The notes under the pieces were generated by a model. It was not told the DNA's origin, did no database searches, and saw only the letters and a program-made list of their open reading frames with translations. From positions 2,579,105 to 2,643,104 of the forward strand of contig CP070691.1 of assembly GCA_020353195.1 (NCBI GenBank): DNA of 64,000 nucleotides, in the 5' to 3' direction. The stretch's first letter is position 1. Every line of letters starts with the position of its first letter. The stretch is from Phycisphaerales bacterium. Its GTDB lineage: Bacteria > Planctomycetota > Phycisphaerae > UBA1845. The position numbers and the translations under genes are program-made. Below are positions 54,456-63,947 of this stretch, piece after piece.

Positions 54456-55220
54456 ATGGGGATGAAGACTGCTTCCGCGCTTCTCGGGACGGTCCTGCTG
54501 GCGAGTTGTCACGCAACCACGCCTTGTTTCCGGACACCGGCCTGCAGGTCGTTCGAAGCCGAGGCTCTGGCCGGCGCCCGGGCGGCGCCTGCGGTCGAGG
54601 CTCGCTACGGCGGCGTCATCTGCGCTCCCCGGGCCGAACAACGAATGTACGGTATCGGACGCCGCCTCACCCGGGGCACTCCGGAGATCCGGGGGGCTTA
54701 CCGGTACCGCCTTCTCAATGCCGACACACTCAACGCCGTGTCCCTGCCTGGCGGGCGAATCTACATGACGCGCGCCTTGTATAATCGCCTGGAGTCGGAT
54801 GAACAGATAGCGGCGATTCTCGCGCATGAAATCGCCCACCTCGCCTCGAAACACCACTTCAAGGCTCGCTGCGGCTCCAGAGCCCAAGCGCTCGATCGCG
54901 AGATGGCGGCCGACGGACGAGGCAGCATGTACCTGCACAGAGCCGGCATCGGAACGCAGGCGATGATCGACGTCATCCGACTGGTCAAGAACTCCCAGCC
55001 GAGGGGCTGGTCGGACAGCCGAATCCACTTCCTGTTGTCTGCCGCCGGCCGGTCCGACGCGTCGGAGCGCTCCGCCCGACGGGGGACAAGGCTGCACCAC
55101 GATCGGCAATCCCCGTGTGGACTGCCAGACGCCTGTCATCAAGACCTCTCTCGTGCTCGAGCAGGAACCCCTTGCGCCACAATCCGCCGCCGAATCCATG
55201 CAACTCCCCGGACGCGCTGA
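54456..55220 (+). CDS. M48-family zinc metalloprotease lipoprotein
   Basis: 'NAVSLPGGRIYMTRAL', 'ILAHEIAHLASKHH', 'EMAAD'. The last ~60 aa are an Arg-rich tail that overlaps ogt. Confidence 0.65.
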   Translation: MGMKTASALLGTVLLASCHATTPCFRTPACRSFEAEALAGARAAPAVEARYGGVICAPRAEQRMYGIGRRLTRGTPEIRGAYRYRLLNADTLNAVSLPGGRIYMTRALYNRLESDEQIAAILAHEIAHLASKHHFKARCGSRAQALDREMAADGRGSMYLHRAGIGTQAMIDVIRLVKNSQPRGWSDSRIHFLLSAAGRSDASERSARRGTRLHHDRQSPCGLPDACHQDLSRARAGTPCATIRRRIHATPRTR

Positions 55221-55641
55221 TCACCCGGTGGCACGGGATGATGATGGCGACAGGGTTCGCCCCAACAGCCTGCCCAACTGCGCGCTGGGCGTTCGGCTGC
55301 CCGATTCGCCGGGCGAGTTCGCCGTACGAGAGTGTTCGGCCGAACGGAATGGTCAGCAGCTCTCGCCAGACCTTGATCTGAAACGGCGTTCCCCGCAAAT
55401 CGAGTGGAACGATGAAGTCGCGGAGTCCAGCGGCGAAATAGGCTTCGAGCTCTTCGATGCCTCGCTGCAGATGTGGATTCGTTTCTTTTCCCGGCGAGCA
55501 TCCGCAGCGGCCGGCAAGCTCTTGCAGTTCCCGCTTGTCCGCGCGGTTGCCAAATGCCACGAGGCAAAGCCCGTTCTCGGTAGCGGCCAGCCGCAGCCGG
55601 CCCACCGGGCTGTCGATCGCTGTGCAAACCATGGTAGACAT
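54985..55641 (-). CDS. ogt: Methylated-DNA-protein-cysteine methyltransferase
   Basis: 'FQIKVWRELLTIPFGRTLSYGELA', active site 'IIIPCHRVI', 'GGLWRKGFLLEHE'. A non-conserved ~50-aa tail follows. Confidence 0.85.
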   Translation of the reverse strand: MSTMVCTAIDSPVGRLRLAATENGLCLVAFGNRADKRELQELAGRCGCSPGKETNPHLQRGIEELEAYFAAGLRDFIVPLDLRGTPFQIKVWRELLTIPFGRTLSYGELARRIGQPNAQRAVGQAVGANPVAIIIPCHRVISASGELHGFGGGLWRKGFLLEHERGLDDRRLAVHTGIADRGAALSPVGRSAPTRRTGRRQTTGSGFGCPTSPSAGSS

Positions 55642-55665
55642 CGCTTCTCTCCGTATCTCTAGGGG

Positions 55666-56748
55666 TCAGCGGATGGCCCAGTCTGCCCAGGGCGGACGCA
55701 GGTGTACGACCGGGCGGCCGCGCCTGGTGGGGGTTCGAACCAGTTCGACGGGTCGGCCCACCGGCAGCGGTGCGATCGGCCAGATGTGCCCCACGTCGCG
55801 CGTGGCCACCACCGGCAGTTCTCTGCGTTTGGGAAAGTGGTGCTTGAGCAGTGCCAGAACGGCGGCACGTTGATCGCCGTCCTTGTCGTGGAAATCGCCG
55901 AGCATCACGCCGCGGCATCGCGACCAGAACCCGGCCAGGGTCAGGTGGCCCAGCATGCGGTCGATGCGGTCCGGGGCTTCGTTGACGTCCTCGATGACGA
56001 TCCAACGGTCCGCAGGATCGACGGCCTTGGCGTAGGGCGTACCGAGCAGCGGCAGCATACAAGCCAGGTTTCCCCCGATGAACGTGGCCGATGTTCTGGC
56101 CGGCAGCCGACCGGCGACCAGCGTTCCGGTGACGGATCGGGTTGTTCCCCGGCCTTCGACGATGCCCACCACGTCTCGGAAGAACTCCGCGAATTTCGTG
56201 CGGAACTGCCCGGAACCCCAGCCGTCGGCGAACGCATCGGCCGCCTCCGATCCCGGTTCGATTTCCGGCTGAAGCGCTTTGATGCTTCGGCGAGCGTATT
56301 CGCTCATGCCCGCGCGGAGGAAGCCCGGTCCCAGGTCGTAGAAACTGTAGGCCCGGCGGTAGCGGCCGGCGATGTTGATTGCGGTGGTGATCTCGCTGAA
56401 GCCGAAGAGCGCCACGCCGGTTCGCCGGCGTTTCAATACGTCGAAATTCACGCAGGGCAGAATGCGTGTCAGCCACGCCCCTCCGCGCAACGTGACCGCC
56501 GCCGCCGTCGCGTCATCGGCCAAACACCGTTGAAAGTCCGTCGCCCGCGCGGCGTCGTCATCGCGTCCGCCATGGTAGTCGTCCTCCGGCGCTTCGATGA
56601 GCCGGGCGTTGCCCGTAACGCGATAGCCCTCGCCCACCGCCTGCTGCACGAACCGGATCAGCTCGCGGGCGGTGCGAAACCCGAGCCCCTCAAGCAGCCC
56701 CCGGCATGTCCCTGCAATCGCCAACAGATGGATCTTTGGTTTGCTCAT
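55666..56748 (-). CDS. LD-carboxypeptidase-like (peptidase S66 family)
   Basis: 'LRGGAWLTRILPCVNFDVL...ALFGFSEITTAINI' (nucleophile elbow), with a C-terminal His/Glu region. The ATGA overlap shows coupling to the upstream BtpA gene. Confidence 0.55.
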   Translation of the reverse strand: MSKPKIHLLAIAGTCRGLLEGLGFRTARELIRFVQQAVGEGYRVTGNARLIEAPEDDYHGGRDDDAARATDFQRCLADDATAAAVTLRGGAWLTRILPCVNFDVLKRRRTGVALFGFSEITTAINIAGRYRRAYSFYDLGPGFLRAGMSEYARRSIKALQPEIEPGSEAADAFADGWGSGQFRTKFAEFFRDVVGIVEGRGTTRSVTGTLVAGRLPARTSATFIGGNLACMLPLLGTPYAKAVDPADRWIVIEDVNEAPDRIDRMLGHLTLAGFWSRCRGVMLGDFHDKDGDQRAAVLALLKHHFPKRRELPVVATRDVGHIWPIAPLPVGRPVELVRTPTRRGRPVVHLRPPWADWAIR

Positions 56749-57542
56749 GTGTGTCCACCTACGATGCCCGCCGCCCGGACGAACGCCGCCGCCAATTGCG
56801 CGTCCACGGGCTGTTCGATCTGCCCGCCGGGTTTCAGACTCGAACCCACGATAACGCCGTCCGCATGGGTCAGCAGTTCGGCCACCGTGTTCACCGATGC
56901 GCCGCTGCCTACCAGCAGCGGGCGGTCGGGTACCGCCTGTTTGACGCGGCGGAGGTTCTCAAGATCCACCGCCCGCCCGGTGGTCTCGCCCGAGACGATC
57001 AGCATGTCCGCCTGTCCGCGATAGGCCGTCTCTTCCGCAGCCAGCCCGATGTCCGGCTGGCTCAACGGTGACGAATGCTTGACGTGTACATCCGCCAGGA
57101 TGCCGACCTCAGGAGCCAGCCTGTCTCGCAACCGTAGTGTGTCCGCCGCCTGTCCTTCGATGATACCCTGATCCGTCGCCGCGACGCCCACGTGGACGTT
57201 GACGCGGATGAAGGCGGCCCCGATCGCGGCCGCGATCGCCAACCCGGCCGCCGCATCGTTGCGTAGCACGTTAATACCCACCGGCAAGGCGGCTGCCTGG
57301 ATCACTTCCCGGGCGACCACCGCCATGGAAGCCACGGTGATCGGGTCGACGCGGTCTGCGGCAAACGGTGCGTCGCCGAAGTTCTCGACGATGACGGCGC
57401 CGAAACCCGCCCGCTCGAGGGTCGCCGCGTCATCGACGGCCCGGCCAACGATGTCGTCCAGCGGCAGGTGGTTCTGCGGACTGCCCGGCAGCGCCGGTAG
57501 ATGCACCATGCCGATCAGAATGGGACGACCCAGTTCCACCAT
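56745..57542 (-). CDS. BtpA/SgcQ-family protein
   Basis: 'LIGMVHLPALPGSP', 'AVIVENFGDAPF', 'GINVLRND'. ATG 57542 (the track start at 57557 is TTG). Confidence 0.7.
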   Translation of the reverse strand: MVELGRPILIGMVHLPALPGSPQNHLPLDDIVGRAVDDAATLERAGFGAVIVENFGDAPFAADRVDPITVASMAVVAREVIQAAALPVGINVLRNDAAAGLAIAAAIGAAFIRVNVHVGVAATDQGIIEGQAADTLRLRDRLAPEVGILADVHVKHSSPLSQPDIGLAAEETAYRGQADMLIVSGETTGRAVDLENLRRVKQAVPDRPLLVGSGASVNTVAELLTHADGVIVGSSLKPGGQIEQPVDAQLAAAFVRAAGIVGGHT

Positions 57543-57678
57543 GGCGAAGAACCTCAACCGCTTGCGGGCGCGCGCGGGTCACAGGGTTGTCTGGCAGAAT
57601 ACCTGTGGATCCTGCGGCGTCAAGACTCGGACCCGGGTGGCGCAACATCGCTCTTCCGCGGGTGAACGTTGTTTCGGC

Positions 57679-57684
57679 TATAAT
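57679..57684 (+). promoter_or_regulatory. Consensus -10 hexamer TATAAT 8 nt upstream of ATG 57693; possible leaderless transcript
   Basis: An exact TATAAT in otherwise GC-rich DNA. There is no SD between it and the ATG, and no good -35. Confidence 0.25.
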
Positions 57685-57692
57685 GTTCCGTC

Positions 57693-59867
57693 ATGAACGG
57701 TGCCGTGCAGCAAGAACGGCCCTTTGATCGACGCGCCGGACGACGGGCGATCGTCCTTGGCGTCTTGTGCGGCCTGACGGCGGCCGCGTGCTACCTCAAC
57801 GCGCTGGGCAACGGCTTCTGCGAGGACGACTGGCTGATCATCGTCCGCAATCCGCTGGTTACCGCGCCCGGTCAGTGGGGCGAACTCTGGCTGGAGGATT
57901 ACTGGCACTGCGATGCCGGCCTGGAGCCACACCGCGACCTGTTGTATCGCCCGGTCGCTATCCTGTCCTACCGGTTGAATCACGCGATCCACGGTTTGGA
58001 TCCGTTCGGCTATCACCTGACCAATCTGATACTGCATGTGCTGGTGTCGGCATTCGTATATCGCCTGGCCCTTCGGATGGCGCATTCGCAGGTATGTGCG
58101 GTGGTCGCGGGATGCGCCTTCGCCGCGCTGCCGATTCATACGGAAGCGGTCGCCCACGTGGTCGGCCGGGCGGAACTGCTGGTGGCGCTGTTTACCCTGT
58201 TAGCGCTGCAGTTGCTCGACCCATCTGAAGGAGCGTTGCGGCCTGGATGGCGCCGGCGGGCCGTCGTTCGGATCGTTGCGGCGGGTCTCTGCGTGTTTCT
58301 GGCCTTCGGTGCCAAGGAAACCGGCGCGGCGGCAGTGCTTCTGGTCCCGCTATTCGCTGCCTATCGGCGGCGATGGCCGCGCCGGTCCGGGCCTGCATCC
58401 GAGGGGGGACCAGGCTATTCAACCTGCGGGTGTTTCGGGGGTTGGATCGCGGTCGTCGTTCCGGCTGCGGTTTACGTCGCGCTGCGCTACGCTGCTCTGG
58501 AGGGTTCGTTGTTCCGGTCCGAGACCCCGAGCGTCGCGATGAACCTTCTGGTGGACGCGACGCCCCTGCAGCGGTTTTACGGGTTGTTGCAGTTGTGGGG
58601 CATGTACTGGGCCAAGACGTTCTGGCCGGCGGTCCTGGTGTTCGACTACTCGCCCTACGCCGTAACGCTCGCAGACCGCGTGACTCATCCGCACGTTCTG
58701 ATCGGGTTGTTGGCGGCCGTCGGATGTCCGGTCGTGGCGGTGGTGGCGTACCGCCGGGGAGACCCCGCACCGCTGGTCTGGGTGATCGCTCTGTGGATCA
58801 GCTACGCGCCGGTGTCGAATGCGCTCGTTCTGATCAAGACCACCTTTGCGGAGCGCGTGTGGTATTTCCCCTCCGTCTGGGTGGTGCTGCTGGTGTCCTG
58901 GTTGCTTTGCGTGATGGTGCCCCGATGGATCAGCCCGGCGCCGGGCGGGCAGCAAGCCGTCCGCCGGATCGTGGTGGTTCCGGTTGGCGTCCTGCTCGTC
59001 GCCGGATGGGCACGCAGTTGGCTTCGCAACGCGGAGTGGCATGACAACGGCACTCTGTTGGTCGCCGCCTACCGCGACCATCCGAACGCGTCAAACGTGT
59101 TGTTGTGCTATGGGAGCTTCCTGGCCCGGAACCACCGCTACGAAGAAGGGATCGAGATGCTGAACCGGGCGCTGCTGGTGGACCTGGGCAACACGCGGGC
59201 CCATCGGACGCTCGCCGAGGCCTATCTGGCCGTCGGCGAACCGGAAACGGCGCTGAAGCACCTGATGACGGCGGATGCGCAGTTGCCCGCCCACCCGCGC
59301 ACCCTCGAGTTGCTGCGACAGGCCCGGTCCGTCATCGCAGCCCGTTCGGCGATCGCGCTAGGCGAGCTGGAACGCCAAGTCGCCGCCGATCCCGACCGTC
59401 TCGATCCGCTCCTGGCGCTGGCGGATCGCCTGATGGAGGCGGGGCGTCCGGCGGATGCGGTCGATCGTTTGCGCCAAGCGGAATCTCGATTCGCCGCCGA
59501 GAGCCGGTATTGGCATCGGTTGGCCGTGGTCGCCGTGACAGCCGGGCAGCAGGAGGAAGGGGCCGCGTATTACCGCCGGGCAATCGAACGCGGACCGGAC
59601 AACGCGGTCCTGCTGGTCGAGTTGGCCATGTTGCTGCTGGATCGTCGCGCCGAGGGGGACATGGCGGAGGCCAGGTCGCTCATTGATTGCGCCGCCCGAC
59701 TGGCCCCGGACCACATCCAGGTGCGAATCGCCCGCGCGGAAGTGCTCGTCCTCGAAGGTCGGCGCATCCAGGCCGCCAGACTCTACCGCGCCATCGCGAA
59801 CTCCCTGCCTGAAGGAAGCGAGCAACGCCAACGCTATCAACTCCGGGCCGACTTCCTGGAAAAGTAG
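57693..59867 (+). CDS. Polytopic membrane protein with C-terminal TPR repeats (TMTC / PMT-like glycosyltransferase architecture)
   Basis: About 10 hydrophobic segments follow 'YLNALGNGFCEDDWLIIVRNPLV'. The C-terminal ~270 aa are TPR-like ('AHRTLAEAYLAVGEPETALKHL', 'YYRRAIERGPDN'). Confidence 0.55.
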   Translation: MNGAVQQERPFDRRAGRRAIVLGVLCGLTAAACYLNALGNGFCEDDWLIIVRNPLVTAPGQWGELWLEDYWHCDAGLEPHRDLLYRPVAILSYRLNHAIHGLDPFGYHLTNLILHVLVSAFVYRLALRMAHSQVCAVVAGCAFAALPIHTEAVAHVVGRAELLVALFTLLALQLLDPSEGALRPGWRRRAVVRIVAAGLCVFLAFGAKETGAAAVLLVPLFAAYRRRWPRRSGPASEGGPGYSTCGCFGGWIAVVVPAAVYVALRYAALEGSLFRSETPSVAMNLLVDATPLQRFYGLLQLWGMYWAKTFWPAVLVFDYSPYAVTLADRVTHPHVLIGLLAAVGCPVVAVVAYRRGDPAPLVWVIALWISYAPVSNALVLIKTTFAERVWYFPSVWVVLLVSWLLCVMVPRWISPAPGGQQAVRRIVVVPVGVLLVAGWARSWLRNAEWHDNGTLLVAAYRDHPNASNVLLCYGSFLARNHRYEEGIEMLNRALLVDLGNTRAHRTLAEAYLAVGEPETALKHLMTADAQLPAHPRTLELLRQARSVIAARSAIALGELERQVAADPDRLDPLLALADRLMEAGRPADAVDRLRQAESRFAAESRYWHRLAVVAVTAGQQEEGAAYYRRAIERGPDNAVLLVELAMLLLDRRAEGDMAEARSLIDCAARLAPDHIQVRIARAEVLVLEGRRIQAARLYRAIANSLPEGSEQRQRYQLRADFLEK

Positions 59868-60014
59868 GCCCGGGCCCGACCGCACCGGGCGCCGCCTCCT
59901 GCCGTGTCATCCGCCGTCGGCTTACGTTGCCTGACGAGAATCGATCTGTTCGGGCCCGCTCCGGAGAACAAGGCGCGATGCCTGCCACACCTCTCGTCTT
60001 GCCCGTCTGCCCTG

Positions 60015-61046
60015 CTATTCGATCGACTTCACCCATGCCACGCCCGTGCTGCCGGTGTTCGGATCGGCATAGGGGACCACCTTGCCGCCGAAGATCTCCA
60101 GCTCTTTCTCACCGGCGACGGTGTGGCCCACGACCATGCCCAGCACGGCGCCCATGAGGACGTCGGAGAGGTAGTGCTCGTCATCATCCAGCCGCTCCAT
60201 CGCCACCAGCGCTCCCAGACCGTACAGTGGAATTCCCGCCAGTGGACCGTACTCCTCGTGCATCACCGAGGCGAAGCAGAACGTGCTGGACGTGTGACCG
60301 CTGGGAAACGTCCCCCACTCGCCGTTCGGCGCGTCGTCCCACGACGCCATCTGCCCCAGCATCGTCGAGGTGCCGTTGATGATCAGCGCGCTGAAGAGTT
60401 TCTTGCCCACGTTGTAGGTCTTTTCGTCCTGGGTCTGCTGGCCGACGAGATACCACGCTCCTGCCAGCGCGAAATGCGTGCCCGGGTTGCCCAGTGCGGC
60501 GAAGGCGTCGTTGGCTCCGTCGGAGAAGATGTCGTGCCCTCGCAAGCCGTCCTCCACGGTGTTGTCCGGTCCGGTCGCCTGCACGGCCAGCGAGCCTCCG
60601 TAGCTCAAGCCCAGGATCAACAGGTTCGGCACGGAAGTGTAGACCTTCTTCGTGTCGCGCCACAGGTCGCTGGGCATGGCTTTGACATCGCGCTTGATCG
60701 TGTCCCACAGGCCCGGCAGTGGTCCGGGCCGCCGGGGCGTCTGTGTCGTTTGTGTTGATGTGTTTTCGATCGTTGCCGCCGATTCGTCGTCGCCCGGTGC
60801 CGTCCATAGGGCGAACCGGGCGCCGGCGTTCGCGGACGCCCTGAAATCGTTGTCGCGATACGACGCGAGGTGAAACACGGTGTCGGATCGGCCATGCCCC
60901 GCTGACGGTTCTGCGCCGCCTTGTCGACTACGTTCGATCTCGTCCAGTTGGCCGTTCATCTGGTCCAGCGATGCACCGGATCGCGTCCCGGAACAGCCGG
61001 CGATGATCACCACAATGGACCCGCAGATGATGAAACGCGAACTCAT
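60015..61046 (-). CDS. PAP2-family phosphatase lipoprotein
   Basis: Lipobox 'VVIIAGCSG'. 'FPSGHTSSTF' and 'DDEHYLSDVLMGAVLG' are PAP2 motifs 2 and 3. Confidence 0.75.
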   Translation of the reverse strand: MSSRFIICGSIVVIIAGCSGTRSGASLDQMNGQLDEIERSRQGGAEPSAGHGRSDTVFHLASYRDNDFRASANAGARFALWTAPGDDESAATIENTSTQTTQTPRRPGPLPGLWDTIKRDVKAMPSDLWRDTKKVYTSVPNLLILGLSYGGSLAVQATGPDNTVEDGLRGHDIFSDGANDAFAALGNPGTHFALAGAWYLVGQQTQDEKTYNVGKKLFSALIINGTSTMLGQMASWDDAPNGEWGTFPSGHTSSTFCFASVMHEEYGPLAGIPLYGLGALVAMERLDDDEHYLSDVLMGAVLGMVVGHTVAGEKELEIFGGKVVPYADPNTGSTGVAWVKSIE

Positions 61047-61192
61047 GAATGCGCCTCCATGCAACGAATCGACGTGCTGAATCGGAGTCATCAGAAGCGG
61101 GAGTCTACCGGAAACCGCGTCGGCGGGCCAGCACGGTCTCCATGCGGCGCGTCTCGCTCTTCATCACGCAAACGCGTGAGCGGGGCCTCGGG

Positions 61193-62992
61193 TCAGAACG
61201 GCCAGAACAGCGGGGCGAGCGTGACGGTTGTGACTCCCATCACCAGGTTCATGGGAATGCCGAGCTTCAAGTAGTCGGAGAAGCGGTAGCCCCCGGGGCC
61301 GTATACCATCAGGTTCGTCTGGTATCCGAGAGGCGTGGCGAAGCTCGCAGAGCCCGCAACCATGATGACAATAACGAACGGCATAAAGTTGACGCCGAGC
61401 TTGTCCGCGGTGGCCATCGCGATCGGGAATACAAGGGCAACGGCTGCATTGTTGGTGATGAGCTCGGTGAACATCATGGTGATGATGTAAACCGCCGCAA
61501 GTGCCACCCAGGGGTTCTGCCCGGCGACTCCGAGCACGGTCTCGGCGATAACTCGAGCGGTGCCGGTCTGGTCTATCGCGCGTCCGATGCCCAGCGCCGC
61601 GGCAATGACGATGAGGACGGACCAATCCACGCTGCGCCGAGCCGCGTCCGTCGAGCAGCAGCGGGTGATGATCATGAGTCCTGCCGCGAGCATTGATGCC
61701 ACGAGCATGCTCATCCATCCCAGAGTGACAACGGCAACCATTGCGGCGAGGATCAGCGTCGCGGTCCATGCCTTGTGATGGCGCCGCGGCGTCGAGTCTT
61801 CGACCGCGCTGACCAGGAAGAAATCTCGCGAGTTTCGCTGCTGCGTCGCGAAGGATGGATGTGCTTCAAGCAGAAGCGTATCGCCCGGACGGAGCACGAT
61901 GTCGCCGATCTTCGCCCGGATGCGTTCGTTATTGCGGGCAACGGCGATGACCGCTGCATGGTACAATGTACGGAAGCGACCGTCGCGGATCGTCTTGCCC
62001 ACCAGCGGACACGTGTTCGAGACGACCGCCTCGATCAAGCACCGGCGGTGTCGAGGCGCATCGAGCCTGAAGACCTGATCGGTGGCCGGCGTCAGTCCCC
62101 GGATCTTCTGGAGGTCCTTGATCGACTCCACGATCCCCACGAACACGAGCCGGTCGTGAGCCTTGAGGCGCTGCTCGGGCCCGACGGCGGGCAGGACATC
62201 TCCGTGCCGGTTGATCTCAACGAGGTAGGCCCCGGGAAGATGGCGCAGTCCCGCCGCGTCGATCGACTGGCCGTCCAGCGGGCTGCCGGCCTCCACCAGC
62301 ATCTCCATCGTATACTCACGCGGGTCTTCCATCCGGCTGGTGACTGAACGACGGTCCGGAAGCAGCCGGCGCCCGACGAGCATGAGATACGCCAGCCCGA
62401 CGAGCGTGCAAGGCAGCCCCACCCAGGTGATGTCAAACATTCCCAGCCCGGGCATGTCCGTTTCGGCGATGACCAGGCCGTTGACGACCAGGTTCGTGCT
62501 CGTCCCGATGAGTGTGCACATACCGCCGAGGATCGCCGCGTAGCTTAACGGGATCATCAGCTTCGAGGCGCTCAGGCCGAGCTTCTTCGCCCATTCGTCA
62601 ACCACCGGAATGAGCATCGCCACCACGGGCGTGTTGTTGAGAAAAGCACTCAGTCCCGCCACCGGACCGACGATGCGCAATTGAGCGCCATGGAGTGATC
62701 GAGGTCGACCGAGCACGCGCCGAGCAAGCCAGTCGACGCCGCCGGTCTCCCGGAGGCCCACCACCACAATGAAGAGCACGCCAACCGTCACGGGACCGGG
62801 GTTGCTCAGCCCGGAGATCGCCTCAGCAGGCGTCAGAACACCGAGTCGCCAGCCCTCCTCGCCCGGCACGGGGAACACCATCAGAAGTGTCAGGCTGCCG
62901 AGCAGGACCACGTCCGGTGCGATGCGAGTGAGCGCAAGCAGGCCAATGACCAGGGCGAGCACGGACAACATGACCACCACGTCGAGTCCCAC
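61193..62992 (-). CDS. SLC13/DASS-family anion transporter with two central TrkA-C (RCK_C) domains
   Basis: Permease halves flank 'EMLVEAGSPLDGQSI...VEINRHGDVL' and 'IEAVVSNTCPLVGKTIRD...AVARNNERI'. The start is GTG 62992 or ATG 62971. Confidence 0.75.
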   Translation of the reverse strand: MGLDVVVMLSVLALVIGLLALTRIAPDVVLLGSLTLLMVFPVPGEEGWRLGVLTPAEAISGLSNPGPVTVGVLFIVVVGLRETGGVDWLARRVLGRPRSLHGAQLRIVGPVAGLSAFLNNTPVVAMLIPVVDEWAKKLGLSASKLMIPLSYAAILGGMCTLIGTSTNLVVNGLVIAETDMPGLGMFDITWVGLPCTLVGLAYLMLVGRRLLPDRRSVTSRMEDPREYTMEMLVEAGSPLDGQSIDAAGLRHLPGAYLVEINRHGDVLPAVGPEQRLKAHDRLVFVGIVESIKDLQKIRGLTPATDQVFRLDAPRHRRCLIEAVVSNTCPLVGKTIRDGRFRTLYHAAVIAVARNNERIRAKIGDIVLRPGDTLLLEAHPSFATQQRNSRDFFLVSAVEDSTPRRHHKAWTATLILAAMVAVVTLGWMSMLVASMLAAGLMIITRCCSTDAARRSVDWSVLIVIAAALGIGRAIDQTGTARVIAETVLGVAGQNPWVALAAVYIITMMFTELITNNAAVALVFPIAMATADKLGVNFMPFVIVIMVAGSASFATPLGYQTNLMVYGPGGYRFSDYLKLGIPMNLVMGVTTVTLAPLFWPF

Positions 62993-63149
62993 CGGCAGGC
63001 TCCCGAGGTTACAGGCCGATTATACCCGGCGTCGGATACCGCGTGAACTGAAGGTCTGTCCAGTCGAGCAGCGCGTCGGCTGCGGAGACTCCAAACACCA
63101 CCGAAGCGGAGGGTATTGAACCGTCACACCCGGCTGCACCATACGAGAC

Positions 63150-63947
63150 TCACACCGATTGACTTGCGCACGCCAGCCGGTCGCGGGCGATGGCGACTGC
63201 CTGCTCGTTGATGTCGCAGCCGAGGAACCGCCGGCCCAGGCGTTGCGCCACGACCAGCGTGGTCCCGCTGCCGCAGAAGAAATCGGCCACCACATCACCC
63301 GGGTTGGAGCTGGCCAGGATGATCCGCTCCAGCAGGGCCTCAGGCTTCTGCGATGGGTAGCCCGTCCGCTCGTTCGAGACCGTGGACAGAAACGGAATGT
63401 CCCAAACGTCGCAGACCGCAGGACCATCCTTGTGGAAATACAACCGACCCTCCAGGGTGTTCTTGTAAGGCCGTCCGTCCTTGTCGTAGTTCAGCCCGTC
63501 GGTGCGGAACTTGCCCTCCCGCTGCACGTGAAACGTGTGTTCGCCGGCACGCTTGGCGTAGAGCAGGATCGTGTCGTGCTTACGGGCAAACCAGCGGTTG
63601 CTCCGCCCGCCGGTGCGATAGGCCCAGACGATCTCGTTGAGGAAGTTGCCGGAACCGAACAACTCGTCGAGCAGGACCTTGACGTAGTGCACGGTCCGCC
63701 AGTCCAGGTGAATGTAGAGACTCCCGTGCGGCGACAGCAGCCGATGCATCTGGGCTACCCGCGGACGCAGAAAATCCAGATACGACGACAACCCATCCGG
63801 CCAACGGTCGTCAAACACGGCCCGCCCCTGGCCGGAGCGGACTTTGTCGGACATGAATGGAGGGTCAACGTAGATGAGGTCGCAGCTGGCATCCTCCAGG
63901 GAGCTCATCCACTCAAGGTTGTCGCCGGCAACCAGCCCCCCCGCCAC
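63150..63947 (-). CDS. DNA methyltransferase, beta class (N6-adenine or N4-cytosine; N6_N4_Mtase family)
   Basis: Motif IV 'LIYVDPPF' is N-terminal and motif I 'DFFCGSGTTLVVAQRLGRRFLGCDI' is C-terminal. GTG start at 63947. Confidence 0.8.
   Translation of the reverse strand: MAGGLVAGDNLEWMSSLEDASCDLIYVDPPFMSDKVRSGQGRAVFDDRWPDGLSSYLDFLRPRVAQMHRLLSPHGSLYIHLDWRTVHYVKVLLDELFGSGNFLNEIVWAYRTGGRSNRWFARKHDTILLYAKRAGEHTFHVQREGKFRTDGLNYDKDGRPYKNTLEGRLYFHKDGPAVCDVWDIPFLSTVSNERTGYPSQKPEALLERIILASSNPGDVVADFFCGSGTTLVVAQRLGRRFLGCDINEQAVAIARDRLACASQSV

Noticed and set aside
55721-55750. T-loop-like strings resembling tRNA (GGTTCGAA at about 55733, and others at about 45, 3011 and 16546)
   Set aside because: All lie inside well-supported CDSs and lack acceptor/anticodon stem complementarity. 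I found no tRNA in any intergenic gap.
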